From: a virus
Taxonomy: Duplodnaviria; Caudoviricetes
Reading direction: 5' to 3' (one strand)
DNA length: 43,369 bases
IMG/VR virus record: IMGVR_UViG_3300010359_000004
Location: 1-43,369 of that record
Positions 9,632 through 17,866 of the stretch are shown here, one piece after another. The notes below the pieces were generated by a model. That model was given only the letters and a program-made list of their open reading frames with translations, was not told the DNA's origin and ran no database searches. A program made the translations under genes and the position numbers. Each line of letters begins with the position of its first letter. Position 1 is the first letter of the stretch.

Positions 9632-9701
9632 AGCACACCCTCCCCAAGATGAGAGGGAACAGGCCGGGGGCGGCCAGTTTTTCAGCCGGAGAGGGTGTGC
9701 T
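9632..9701 (-). promoter_or_regulatory. Leader stem sequestering the portal RBS
   Basis: AGCACACCCUCUCC (9701-9688) pairs with GGGGAGGGUGUGCU (9645-9632): 14 bp with one G-U, covering the SD. Confidence 0.55.
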
Positions 9702-9711
9702 CATGAAACCC

Positions 9712-9840
9712 TTATCCCCTCCCCACCCCACCCCGCCGGGGTTTCGACATCCTTACCTTACCAGTCTTGCTGACGCTCGCAGTAGGCTTAGTTTTAACCT
9801 TCTTTATTCGGACCGTCGGCCCTTTGCTCCATCCTGCCAT
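9712..9840 (-). CDS. Small basic protein (42 aa, absent from ORF track)
   Basis: MAGWSKGPTVRIKKVKTKPTASVSKTGKVRMSKPRRGGVGRG; AGGGGA SD. Confidence 0.5.
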   Translation of the reverse strand: MAGWSKGPTVRIKKVKTKPTASVSKTGKVRMSKPRRGGVGRG

Positions 9841-9863
9841 GGTTTATCCCCTACGTGGTATGC

Positions 9864-9901
9864 AGGGCCGTCGAAGATGCTGTGGCACCCTCGACGACCC
9901 T
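9864..9901 (-). other. 17-bp RNA hairpin between two small basic genes
   Basis: AGGGUCGUCGAGGGUGC-CACA-GCAUCUUCGACGGCCCU; all three DNA mismatches are G-U pairs on the minus (coding) strand. Confidence 0.55.
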
Positions 9902-9919
9902 TCTCACAATTTCGGACTC

Positions 9920-9997
9920 TTACTTGCCGGACTCCTTGGGCAAGTTTGGTTTGCCGGGTTTTCCCTTTCGTTTCTTTCCTACGGCGCCCGCCGGCAT
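9920..9997 (-). CDS. Very small Lys-rich peptide (25 aa)
   Basis: MPAGAVGKKRKGKPGKPNLPKESGK; starts 2 nt after the upstream stop. Confidence 0.35.
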   Translation of the reverse strand: MPAGAVGKKRKGKPGKPNLPKESGK

Positions 9998-9999
9998 AG

Positions 10000-10380
10000 C
10001 TAGGATGCCTTGGCCGCTTGCGGCTCTGATGGCGCATCAACGGCTGGCACGGGCGGAGGAGGCGGTGCTTTCGTTGCTTCGAGCATAGCTTTGAAGTCGG
10101 GCTTGTGCTCGAGCGGCGGATCCATCTTGCCGACGAGTGCGTCTATCTTGCTAACTGCATCGGCAAGATCTTTGGGCGCCGGTTCCTTCTTTGGCCCGGC
10201 GGCTATGGCGCTGCGAAGGCTATGAAGAATGTCGGCTATCAAGACCGGCGGAGCCGGTGGCAGGATCGAGTGCAAGAGTTCGGTTGCTTTCCTCACAACC
10301 TCATTTGCTGTTAGCTTCCCCTCCCCTCCTCCCCCCGCCCCCGCAGGTTGAGCTTCTGTTTTCACGTTCGTCGCCATCAT
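10000..10380 (-). CDS. Hypothetical protein
   Basis: 126 aa, Pro/Ala-rich; GGAGG SD. Confidence 0.65.
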   Translation of the reverse strand: MMATNVKTEAQPAGAGGGGEGKLTANEVVRKATELLHSILPPAPPVLIADILHSLRSAIAAGPKKEPAPKDLADAVSKIDALVGKMDPPLEHKPDFKAMLEATKAPPPPPVPAVDAPSEPQAAKAS

Positions 10381-10386
10381 TCCCTC

Positions 10387-10857
10387 CTATAGCAGTCCTG
10401 CCTGTTGCAGGAGCATCGTTGCGTAGGTTGTGGGCGGCCGGTATTGACCTTGCTGCTGCGGCTGGTTAATGTGTTGCTGGATCATTTGCTGGGCCAGTTT
10501 GCTATTCTGCAGGCTGGACTGCAAGCCCTGTGCGCTGGTAAGAAACTTACCTAGAGCAGCTATTTCCGCTTTCTTATCCGTAGGTTGGCCGGTCTTCGGA
10601 TCGACAGCCTGCCCACTTGGGGAAGCATTGGATCCGCCGGTCAAGCCAGTGAAGTTCAGGATCTGCTGCCACAGTGACGGGGATGGTCCGCCAGTCGTGT
10701 CGGTTATGCCAGACTGGGCCGGCAGGCCAGCGTTTTCCACTTGCGTGGACATCGGAATTTCTGGCGAAAAGCCGGCGGCTGGTGTGGATAGCGCTGTTGC
10801 ACCTACGTCGCCGGCGCCGCCAAACATTGCCAGGATGCTATTTAGTAGTTCCCCCAT
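10387..10857 (-). CDS. Hypothetical (possible internal virion) protein
   Basis: 156 aa, Gly/Gln-rich; AGGAG SD. Confidence 0.65.
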   Translation of the reverse strand: MGELLNSILAMFGGAGDVGATALSTPAAGFSPEIPMSTQVENAGLPAQSGITDTTGGPSPSLWQQILNFTGLTGGSNASPSGQAVDPKTGQPTDKKAEIAALGKFLTSAQGLQSSLQNSKLAQQMIQQHINQPQQQGQYRPPTTYATMLLQQAGLL

Positions 10858-11392
10858 TGGTCTCTCCTTGATAAAGGTTTAGGCCCTCCTTGCGGAGGTA
10901 GTTCATAATGTCGTCGATGCTGGCACCTGAGGTGTCATAGCCACGATCTGAGAGAGCGCCCGTGGCATCTTCCCGCCACTTTTCCATTGATGTGATGAAT
11001 GACATCACCTGCTCGTAATCGTGTCCAAGCGATGCTTTAGACCAAACACCATCCTCGGTTACGTCGACGAGCCCTTTGTCAGCCAACTGTTCAGACAACT
11101 TCGCGGACTCAGTTGGAGTTAGTTGACCTCCATGAAATTGTTTAACGGCGTCTCGGAGGAATTTGCGATCCTCTCGCGTAGGTTTGCCCCAAGTTTCGTG
11201 TTTGCTCGGCTGGCTAGCACGTTCACCCATTTGTTCGAACATTTGAGCCGCTACATCACTTGTATCTGTTCCTCGTAGCCCCACCCCACCACCTTGCGCC
11301 GAAGGCGCAACTTCCATAGGCTGGGCCTGCGATTCCTCGGTGTTCCAGAGGATCCAGGTGCCGTCAGGCTGGCGATACCACTGAATAGGCAT
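10838..11392 (-). CDS. Hypothetical protein
   Basis: 184 aa; TAATG coupling. Confidence 0.65.
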   Translation of the reverse strand: MPIQWYRQPDGTWILWNTEESQAQPMEVAPSAQGGGVGLRGTDTSDVAAQMFEQMGERASQPSKHETWGKPTREDRKFLRDAVKQFHGGQLTPTESAKLSEQLADKGLVDVTEDGVWSKASLGHDYEQVMSFITSMEKWREDATGALSDRGYDTSGASIDDIMNYLRKEGLNLYQGETNGGTTK

Positions 11393-11724
11393 TAGTAGTT
11401 GAACATCTGATCCAACATCGACCGGCGGAGATCGTCCCCGTTGGTGGATGTACCAAAGTAACGATAATCTTCGTTGGTGGCTCCGCCACCAGATGCCATG
11501 AGATAGTCGTTAACGGCTGTCATGGTGGCTTTGCTACCGGTGGCAGCTTCTTGGTATCCAGTTGTATCGGGCCACATCCACGGAGGTAGCTCTTGCCACC
11601 CACCAGGATCTGCAAGTTCACCGCGACGGATGGCCTCCTGCAAGCCCATCAGCCGCTGTTCGGGATTAGATTCGAACCTCCGGTCTTCTATATTTGGGCT
11701 GATCGGCCCAGGAGTCCAGCGCAT
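11392..11724 (-). CDS. Hypothetical protein
   Basis: 110 aa, tightly packed. Confidence 0.6.
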   Translation of the reverse strand: MRWTPGPISPNIEDRRFESNPEQRLMGLQEAIRRGELADPGGWQELPPWMWPDTTGYQEAATGSKATMTAVNDYLMASGGGATNEDYRYFGTSTNGDDLRRSMLDQMFNY

Positions 11725-11725
11725 A

Positions 11726-11911
11726 TTATGGTCCGGGAACTACGTAAGGGGTTATGGCGATCTGTTGACCGCAGTTATAACAGAGTGCCTGATCAGCGGC
11801 TATCCACGCCAGAAAGGCCGCCGGATGAACGCAGGAGCGCTGATTAGGAAGGACCTCTTCCGTCAGATATTGAATTGGTTTGTCTAAGCCAGTTGCTGTT
11901 GGACGAGCGAT
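11726..11911 (-). CDS. Candidate 61-aa Zn-binding protein with non-canonical ATC start
   Basis: GGAGG-ctctc-ATC, then ARPTATGLDKPIQYLTEEVLPNQRSCVHPAAFLAWIAADQALCYNCGQQIAITPYVVPGP. The stop lies 1 nt before the next ATG. No in-frame ATG/GTG/TTG after the upstream TGA. Confidence 0.45.
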   Translation of the reverse strand: MARPTATGLDKPIQYLTEEVLPNQRSCVHPAAFLAWIAADQALCYNCGQQIAITPYVVPGP

Positions 11912-11937
11912 GAGAGCCTCCCCCCCCGCCGGGGCCG

Positions 11938-11959
11938 CGAGTTTTCAGGATGTGAAAAG
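11938..11959 (-). promoter_or_regulatory. Dyad motif, copy 2
   Basis: Exact match; the 29-bp span 11938-11966 is the exact reverse complement of 26365-26393. Confidence 0.75.
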
Positions 11960-11965
11960 CTAAGG

Positions 11966-12163
11966 TTACGGAGCCCTTACTGGCCCTATACGAATAGCGC
12001 TGATTCCAGGGAACAACAGTAAGAGCAACCACAGAACCACACAGATTATGACTACAGCGTTCAGGATCGATTTGATGTTCGCATCCATCGGGATGAAGTT
12101 GTTCACTAGCCAGAGCAGGACGCCTATGATAATTAGAACGACTATCAGCTGAATCAGTTCCAT
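11966..12163 (-). CDS. Two-TM membrane protein (Thivi_2564-like), possible lysis accessory
   Basis: LIVVLIIIGVLLWLVNNFIPMDANIKSILNAVVIICVVLWLL; directly after the endolysin. Confidence 0.75.
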   Translation of the reverse strand: MELIQLIVVLIIIGVLLWLVNNFIPMDANIKSILNAVVIICVVLWLLLLLFPGISAIRIGPVRAP

Positions 12164-12738
12164 TATGGTACACCTCCCGCTAGGTGCGTAATAGCGTTGA
12201 GGAATTTGACCGCGTATCCTTGGATCGTGCTGGCCTGATCCAGCCCGTTGACGATCTTCCTTGCGTTGTAGAAATCAGTCTGCGAGTCGTTGATGTACTT
12301 GGGAAGACCGACGCCGGTGAAATCACCATCGGCCATGCCACCGAAGATAATCTCGGTAGCAACTTGAAGATCGAGAGCCGTGTCGGGCACCTGGACGAGT
12401 TGATTGTTCAGCTTGAGCTTCTTGTCCTGCTTGACGTAATTGTCGTACCAGGTCAGTTGGACAAACCCTCGGCCGTAGTAGATCTGGTTGTATGGGCCGT
12501 CGGGAACGCCGTACGGCTTATTCTTGCCTTTGCCGTACTCGGCAATGGGCTGCATGGTCAGCGCGGTTTCGTGGTAGGTTGTGGCTAACAAATATGCGAG
12601 CCAGCGATCATCCCACTGTAGTTGCTCGTTCCAGTCTAGCAAGGCGGTTTGCCCATCAACCTGCTTCTGATTCATCGAGCCCGAGAACAAGGATCCACGA
12701 ACTGTGTCGAAGTAATACTTCCTGTTAATGAATCCCAT
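12163..12738 (-). CDS. Endolysin, GH19 / lysozyme-like
   Basis: AYLLATTYHET catalytic Glu motif, YYGRGFVQLTWYDNY signature, ARKIVNG. Confidence 0.9.
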   Translation of the reverse strand: MGFINRKYYFDTVRGSLFSGSMNQKQVDGQTALLDWNEQLQWDDRWLAYLLATTYHETALTMQPIAEYGKGKNKPYGVPDGPYNQIYYGRGFVQLTWYDNYVKQDKKLKLNNQLVQVPDTALDLQVATEIIFGGMADGDFTGVGLPKYINDSQTDFYNARKIVNGLDQASTIQGYAVKFLNAITHLAGGVP

Positions 12739-12739
12739 A

Positions 12740-13009
12740 TCATTCCGCCTTTGTCTTGCAATATTCTAACTTGGCTATCAGCTTCGCGGACATCTCCGAC
12801 TGTTGTTGCACGGCGGTGACGAAGGTCTCCTGCATCGACGTAAGCAGCTTAGTACGTTGTATCTCGTTATCCTCGATGTTCTCGAGGGTACCACCAACCT
12901 TGAATAGCACGAACCATAGCAACACACCGGCGAAGACTGTTGGCACGCCAAGCTGCGTGGCAATCTGGAGGAAGGGATCGAGCCAGGGATGTACAGCCGG
13001 CGTGTCCAT
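12740..13009 (-). CDS. Putative holin (one TM plus coiled coil)
   Basis: QLGVPTVFAGVLLWFVLF TM segment; immediately upstream of the endolysin. Confidence 0.6.
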   Translation of the reverse strand: MDTPAVHPWLDPFLQIATQLGVPTVFAGVLLWFVLFKVGGTLENIEDNEIQRTKLLTSMQETFVTAVQQQSEMSAKLIAKLEYCKTKAE

Positions 13010-13630
13010 CTATCCGCTACACAGAATAGTTAGCACCACCTCGAGATCACTACCAGCAGAGAATCGGCTGATCACGGTTGAATGCATACGCCAGCCGGCC
13101 TCGTCGATAGGACCAGAATCTAACATGTGCACCTTCGTTATATCTGTCGGGTTTGTTACGGTATTGGTTACACCGCCAGATATGACAATCTGGCCCGGAT
13201 CACAACTGAGCGATAAATCGACTATCGTCCCTGGACCTGGGCGTACGATAATGCCAGTGGTAGTCGTTTTAGTTACCATCGCGCCCATAGAACCCGTAGG
13301 GCCAGTGGGGCCTGTAGAGCCAGTAGTACCAGGACGACCAGCCATGCCTGGCGGCCCAGGTTCACCAATCGGGCCAGTAGGACCTTGCGGTCCAGAGAGG
13401 CCGATCGGACCAGGAGGGCCAGATAACCCGGTAGCCCCCGCTGGCCCCGCCTCCCCGCCCCGCCCCGGCGCGCCAGTAGGGCCGATCGGACCAATAGGGC
13501 CAGTGGGACCAGGAGGTCCCCGCTTCTTGGCAATCTTGAGAGGTACCTTGAGACATTCAGAAGTTGCCTCCGACGCCGATAGTAGGGAACACACTACGAT
13601 CGCGCAAGCCGCCACCAGTGTTGAGCGCAT
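13010..13630 (-). CDS. Secreted collagen-like protein
   Basis: Start at ATG 13630 gives a signal-peptide-like [22 protein letters not shown], then ~26 Gly-X-Y triplets and a C-terminal beta domain ([12 protein letters not shown]...ILC). Confidence 0.75.
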   Translation of the reverse strand: MRSTLVAACAIVVCSLLSASEATSECLKVPLKIAKKRGPPGPTGPIGPIGPTGAPGRGGEAGPAGATGLSGPPGPIGLSGPQGPTGPIGEPGPPGMAGRPGTTGSTGPTGPTGSMGAMVTKTTTTGIIVRPGPGTIVDLSLSCDPGQIVISGGVTNTVTNPTDITKVHMLDSGPIDEAGWRMHSTVISRFSAGSDLEVVLTILCSG

Positions 13631-14426
13631 AGGATCCCGCCGCGAACAGCATGAAGCCGTGCGGAAGCACAGCGCGTAAGCCAAAAGCCAGCAGGAAGGT
13701 ATGTTGCTGGCTGTAGTCGGTGCCGAAGATAATGAAAGGATCCGGCGAGCCGCCAGATTCACCGAGGAACTCGACAGCAACTCCGAGCCAGGGCCAGTAG
13801 AGCAGTGTAGCGATGCCAGCCCCGTAGGTGATAGAAGATTTGCGGGGATAGGAAAGATCGACGTTATAGTTGACGAGAGCGTTAAGTTGGACTGGCCCGA
13901 CAACCTGACTAGCGGCAAGGCCAGGAGTTAGAAAGTAATCTCCGGTACCAAGACCATTGGCGGGGTTCCCGGTCGGGAAGGTAGCCTTCAGAAGGCCGGC
14001 CAGCCAAGGCAGCAAACGATATTTGAGCCGAACGGCTAGATCGCTGGGACCTGAGAAGGTGACGTATGTATGGCCCGTCAGCGGGCCAGTTACGTGAACG
14101 TCGACCTGCTCTTGTACGATCGGCAGGACGAGGCTGAGATCGAGATTATCGGTTAAGCCGTGACTGGCGGCCAGGACAACGGTGTTAGCACGAACGCTTA
14201 GATCGACGCTGGTGTGGGTAACTAGTTCGAGGTCCTCAGTTTGGGCGAGGACATTCACGTTAGTTTCGCCAGCACCGATAGTGTCATCGTGGTCTATGAA
14301 GATCGGACCTTCGGCCTCGATAGTAGAATCTATCGCACCGCCCATGTTGGCAGGTGAGGATGGCGACGTTGCCACGGTGTCGCCGATGGTTCGCAAGCAA
14401 AGTAGCATGATGGCCAGGGAATTCAC
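13557..14426 (-). CDS. Outer-membrane beta-barrel protein (MetA-pathway phenol degradation / transporter-like)
   Basis: [25 protein letters not shown] and FPTG...GLGTGD motifs; alternating amphipathic strands; C-terminal Phe (TIGVGGNF). Confidence 0.75.
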   Translation of the reverse strand: MNSLAIMLLCLRTIGDTVATSPSSPANMGGAIDSTIEAEGPIFIDHDDTIGAGETNVNVLAQTEDLELVTHTSVDLSVRANTVVLAASHGLTDNLDLSLVLPIVQEQVDVHVTGPLTGHTYVTFSGPSDLAVRLKYRLLPWLAGLLKATFPTGNPANGLGTGDYFLTPGLAASQVVGPVQLNALVNYNVDLSYPRKSSITYGAGIATLLYWPWLGVAVEFLGESGGSPDPFIIFGTDYSQQHTFLLAFGLRAVLPHGFMLFAAGSYALNTGGGLRDRSVFPTIGVGGNF

Positions 14427-14429
14427 ACG

Positions 14430-15953
14430 CTAATATCCCGTATACATGGATCGGCCAGTTAGCTCGACACGATTTTCAATCTCCTCAAGTTCATCGTCAC
14501 TTGGAGCTAGCGGATCTTCGGCAGGACCCCACAGTTGGGGAGCGTAGCTAAGGGCATCTATAACGTCGACCAGGGCACCGACGGGAAATGCCTCGTATTC
14601 TTCGTGAAACTGACGGAAACCGTCACTTGCTCCAGCAGGGAGAGAGTAGACCTCGCCACCTTCAAAGAATGGCTGCAAGCCGCGAATGCGGCTAGCCTTC
14701 TTCTGGTGCGTGTCGGTTTTCAGTTCTTGCACGTTAACAAATTGCGCCCGGCGTTCCATTTCCTGCGAGAGCCAGAACTTAAGAGCTTTCTGGAAGGCGA
14801 TAGACTCGAGACCTACAACTTCTATATCCCATTGGCGGGACATTCGGAAGATGTGATCCATGAGGGTCATGGGCTGCATTCGTTTGGCGACTATCTCGAG
14901 CAACCATTTACGTCGAATATGATCGACGCCGGAGACGACGAGGGCGGAATTGCACGCTTGGTCCTTGTCGCTTATCGCGGGATCGACTGTAAGATATTTG
15001 CGCATTTGGTGGATGTTTGAGGATGAGCCATCTTCGCCTATACAAACGTCTCCCTGCAGGCGATAATGTTTGATCCATGATGTATTGAATGACGTTGCGT
15101 CGGGGTCGTGGGGCTGGTTGAGATACTGGCATGAGAATTTCCAAGATCCTATCTTTGCTCTAATACGAGCAAGCACATCGAGTGTGAAGCGTTCAGGCCA
15201 TAGCGGTTGGCCGTTAGGCAGGATGGCACTGGTAATGACTTGATCGAAGTATTCACCCTCAGAGTCGATGATTTTACGGATAAGGTCATTGTGAGTCCAC
15301 CGTGTTCCCACCACGTGAATTTCTGATTCGATAGGGTGATGGAGGAGGGATTCACAATAGTCATACCAGTCACGGGTTTTCTTCATTATTTCGTCAGATT
15401 CACTAGCCTCTTTTCCAACTAAGTCGTCAAGCTTAATGAGATCGTAGTGGCGGCTGACTACGGCACCGCCGACACCGATCGCCTCAACGGTGGATTCAGG
15501 ATGATCCTCGGTACGGGGTACCAAGATCTCATTCTCGGACCACTTGGTGCGAGTGTTAGGCTCCTCGATAAGTTCAGGGAACAGCCAGCGGAAACGGGCA
15601 TTGCGGTCGAAGACCGCCGCAATACGGCGTAGGAAGTGCGATGCGTTCGTGGCTGTCTCATTTCCTAGAAGAATTCGGATGTTTGGGTTTACGACTATCC
15701 TTCTTATCGTGTCCGCTACTGTCGCTATGCTGGTTTTCAGGTGGTCGCGCGGCATCACTATCAGTTTGCGTTTCGTCGGACTGTCGAGTGTCCGACATAT
15801 CGGGCCGTGTGTCGAGACCGTTAGATCGGCGAACCCTAACACCGCTTTTGCGAAGAAATACGTTGATCGCTTCGCGCGCTCGCGCAAGGAGTGACGTATT
15901 TCCTCCTCGTCTTTCGTCGTTGACCCGCTTGGGAAGATAATACCAGTTTGCAT
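14430..15953 (-). CDS. terL: Terminase large subunit
   Basis: Walker A-like PRDHLKTS, Walker B LIKLDD, VVGTRW, nuclease LTVDPA and DVIDA. Confidence 0.93.
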   Translation of the reverse strand: MQTGIIFPSGSTTKDEEEIRHSLRERAKRSTYFFAKAVLGFADLTVSTHGPICRTLDSPTKRKLIVMPRDHLKTSIATVADTIRRIVVNPNIRILLGNETATNASHFLRRIAAVFDRNARFRWLFPELIEEPNTRTKWSENEILVPRTEDHPESTVEAIGVGGAVVSRHYDLIKLDDLVGKEASESDEIMKKTRDWYDYCESLLHHPIESEIHVVGTRWTHNDLIRKIIDSEGEYFDQVITSAILPNGQPLWPERFTLDVLARIRAKIGSWKFSCQYLNQPHDPDATSFNTSWIKHYRLQGDVCIGEDGSSSNIHQMRKYLTVDPAISDKDQACNSALVVSGVDHIRRKWLLEIVAKRMQPMTLMDHIFRMSRQWDIEVVGLESIAFQKALKFWLSQEMERRAQFVNVQELKTDTHQKKASRIRGLQPFFEGGEVYSLPAGASDGFRQFHEEYEAFPVGALVDVIDALSYAPQLWGPAEDPLAPSDDELEEIENRVELTGRSMYTGY

Positions 15954-16543
15954 TAGCGATTAGTAGGATCACTAGGAGGCAGAGTATCAGGATCAGGATC
16001 GCCACGATTATCGAGAGGTCGTACGACATTATGCGGTGTAACATCCACGGCCTCGCTCTCACGGATGGCGTCAGCTATGAGCTCGGCGCCAGCCGGATCG
16101 ATTGCGTGGGTATGATGAGACTCGACCTCGATACGCTTAGGTGCCTTACCATAGGCACGATCGAGGATATCCTGCGCCGTGACGATGGCCAGCGAAGCTG
16201 CTTTGATCTGAGTCTCTTCCTTGATGTTACCATTGGATCGACGGTTGTTCATGTCGTCCATTGTTTGCTCTTGCACGTCTAGGGCTTTGTGGGCCATGCC
16301 CTCGAGGCGTTGATTCATGCGCTGGGCGGATGAGCGCATGTCCTCGACAAACGTCGCTTGTAAAGCGAGCATATGAGCCTGCACCCGGGGCTTTTGTAAG
16401 TGGTAATTGATGGCCGCGGAGGACATGTTCAAGAAGCGTCCGATAGCGTCGTGACTACATCCAGCCACGGCCATCATAGCGATACGTAACTCGAGGGGTG
16501 AGAGTGATGTATTAGGTTGGCCAGTAGGGCGTCCAATAGACAT
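15953..16543 (-). CDS. terS: Terminase small subunit (N-terminal HTH)
   Basis: LuxR-like HTH (LSPLELRIAMM...SHDAIGRFLNMS) and AQDILDRAYGK motif; coupled to TerL. Confidence 0.7.
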   Translation of the reverse strand: MSIGRPTGQPNTSLSPLELRIAMMAVAGCSHDAIGRFLNMSSAAINYHLQKPRVQAHMLALQATFVEDMRSSAQRMNQRLEGMAHKALDVQEQTMDDMNNRRSNGNIKEETQIKAASLAIVTAQDILDRAYGKAPKRIEVESHHTHAIDPAGAELIADAIRESEAVDVTPHNVVRPLDNRGDPDPDTLPPSDPTNR

Positions 16544-16772
16544 AACGGGTGTCCTCGGGTAGAAAGAGCCGGGATCTCACTTGCAGATCGCATGCCAATT
16601 ATCGGGGGTGTATGTTCAGCGAATGCCGTCTGCGGCATGGCCGTCTGCGGCCAAGCGAAGCGAGCTCTCTTAGAGTTTTGGGGAAAATTTCTCGCGATTT
16701 GAGAAAGGGCACCGCTAGAAATCTAGCAAGAAAAAAAGGGGGGATGCCCCCTTAGCCTTTGCCTTGGCGTTG

Positions 16773-16960
16773 GCCATATCTTGGCGATATGGCATTTCGC
16801 ATGGCTTCGAGTATGGCGTCGTCCATTGTTGCGCTATGAGTTAGTTAGGAACTATGGCATACTCTATCTCACTGGCCAACTTTGTACTATGCCATACTCT
16901 ACGACTATGGCATACTATTAAGGCATCGCCTCTGGCCGATGCCATACTCGATGCCATACC
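16773..16960. repeat. Cluster of short ATGCCATA/TATGGCAT repeats in the divergent intergenic region
   Basis: Copies near 16788, 16812, 16853, 16888, 16906, 16939 and 16951, e.g. ACTATGGCATACTCT, ACTATGCCATACTCT, GATGCCATACTCGATGCCATACC. Confidence 0.6.
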
Positions 16961-17249
16961 CTTCGCCTTGTGTTCTGCCTGTAGTGCAGCGGTATCCGAT
17001 CGGGCATATTTGCCACGGTCCGGCCCGTGCCAGCCCCGCGATTCCCCTGTATTTCCGGGACGTTAGCCGCATCTCCCTGGCACGCTGGTTGCTACCATAG
17101 GGCTACGGTGGCGGTTGATGGGCGGGCGGGCCGGGGAGATCGGCCCCTAGATCCGCGCAAGATCTAGCGACATATCAGCGTCATGTACGACGCCATGCAG
17201 ACACACGTAGATCGGCGGATCTACAATGGTATGAAACACAGCATGGCAT

Positions 17250-17444
17250 GTGGCGTGGTGGCAAGATCGCACGGATCTTAGCACGCTAGCAAAGGAGCTA
17301 GATATGCGAAAGATGCCGCTAACATTGCAGCAAGCAATTGTGATCTACGGCTGGGATGATATCCTAGAACAAATGTCCGAAGATACTAAGGACGAATTCA
17401 GGAAGATTCGGTTCCAGGCTCGCAAGCCCGTTTTCATCCGATAA
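17250..17444 (+). CDS. Early hypothetical protein (P-x-x-L-x-x-A-x-x-x-Y-G family)
   Basis: PLTLQQAIVIYG; alternative ATG ~17303 with AAGGAG SD. Confidence 0.55.
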   Translation: MAWWQDRTDLSTLAKELDMRKMPLTLQQAIVIYGWDDILEQMSEDTKDEFRKIRFQARKPVFIR

Positions 17445-17492
17445 CCCTAACAAACTAATTTCCGTGCGTGCTAAGATTCGTGCGATCTTGTA

Positions 17493-17538
17493 TGGTAGAT
17501 CCCTTGGATCTTGGCTGGCATGAGATTTCAGCAGATGA
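17493..17538 (+). repeat. Left arm of ~46-bp inverted repeat
   Basis: TGGTAGATCCCTTGGATCTTGGCTGGC-ATGA-GATTTCAGC-AGATGA is complementary to 17819-17864. Confidence 0.85.
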
Positions 17539-17564
17539 AATCTAAAAGAAGGAAAACAACGATC

Positions 17565-17810
17565 ATGCCAAAGAAGATCACAATCGAGGCGCACACCAAG
17601 TCTGGAGAACGGGGATTCGTAGAGAAAGAATATCCGCTCTCACTGGACGAAGCTGTCAAGATGTACGGAGAGCTGGAGGTTTTCAAGGGTTTCTTGCGGG
17701 ATCGCGTCATCATCGATCAGCGGGAAGCTCGGCCGGTTGCCACGAAGGAGGGTGAGGTGGAGAAGCCCAAGAAGCGGCAGTCTGTCTTCGATAGGTTGCA
17801 GAGCAGCTAA
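17565..17810 (+). CDS. Early hypothetical protein, paralogue of 26465-26752
   Basis: 81 aa from ATG 17565; PLSLDEAVKMYGELEVFKGFLRDRVIIDQREAR. Confidence 0.7.
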   Translation: MPKKITIEAHTKSGERGFVEKEYPLSLDEAVKMYGELEVFKGFLRDRVIIDQREARPVATKEGEVEKPKKRQSVFDRLQSS

Positions 17811-17818
17811 CAACAAAC

Positions 17819-17864
17819 TCATCTAGCTGAAATCCAAGCCAGCTAAGATCCAAGGGATCTATCA
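17819..17864 (+). repeat. Right arm of ~46-bp inverted repeat
   Basis: TCATCT-A-GCTGAAATC-CAA-GCCAGCTAAGATCCAAGGGATCTATCA. Confidence 0.85.
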
Positions 17865-17866
17865 GG

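Noticed and set aside
12756-13679. 307-aa plus-strand ORF with Gly-Pro repeats
   Set aside because: Antisense shadow of the collagen-like and holin genes.
13631-13918. N-terminal 96 aa of the 302-aa ORF-track protein
   Set aside because: Lies wholly within the barrel gene in another frame; ATG 13630 gives a signal-peptide-like start.
16549-17100. Short plus-strand ORFs in the divergent region
   Set aside because: Repeat-derived composition and no motifs; more likely non-coding control sequence.
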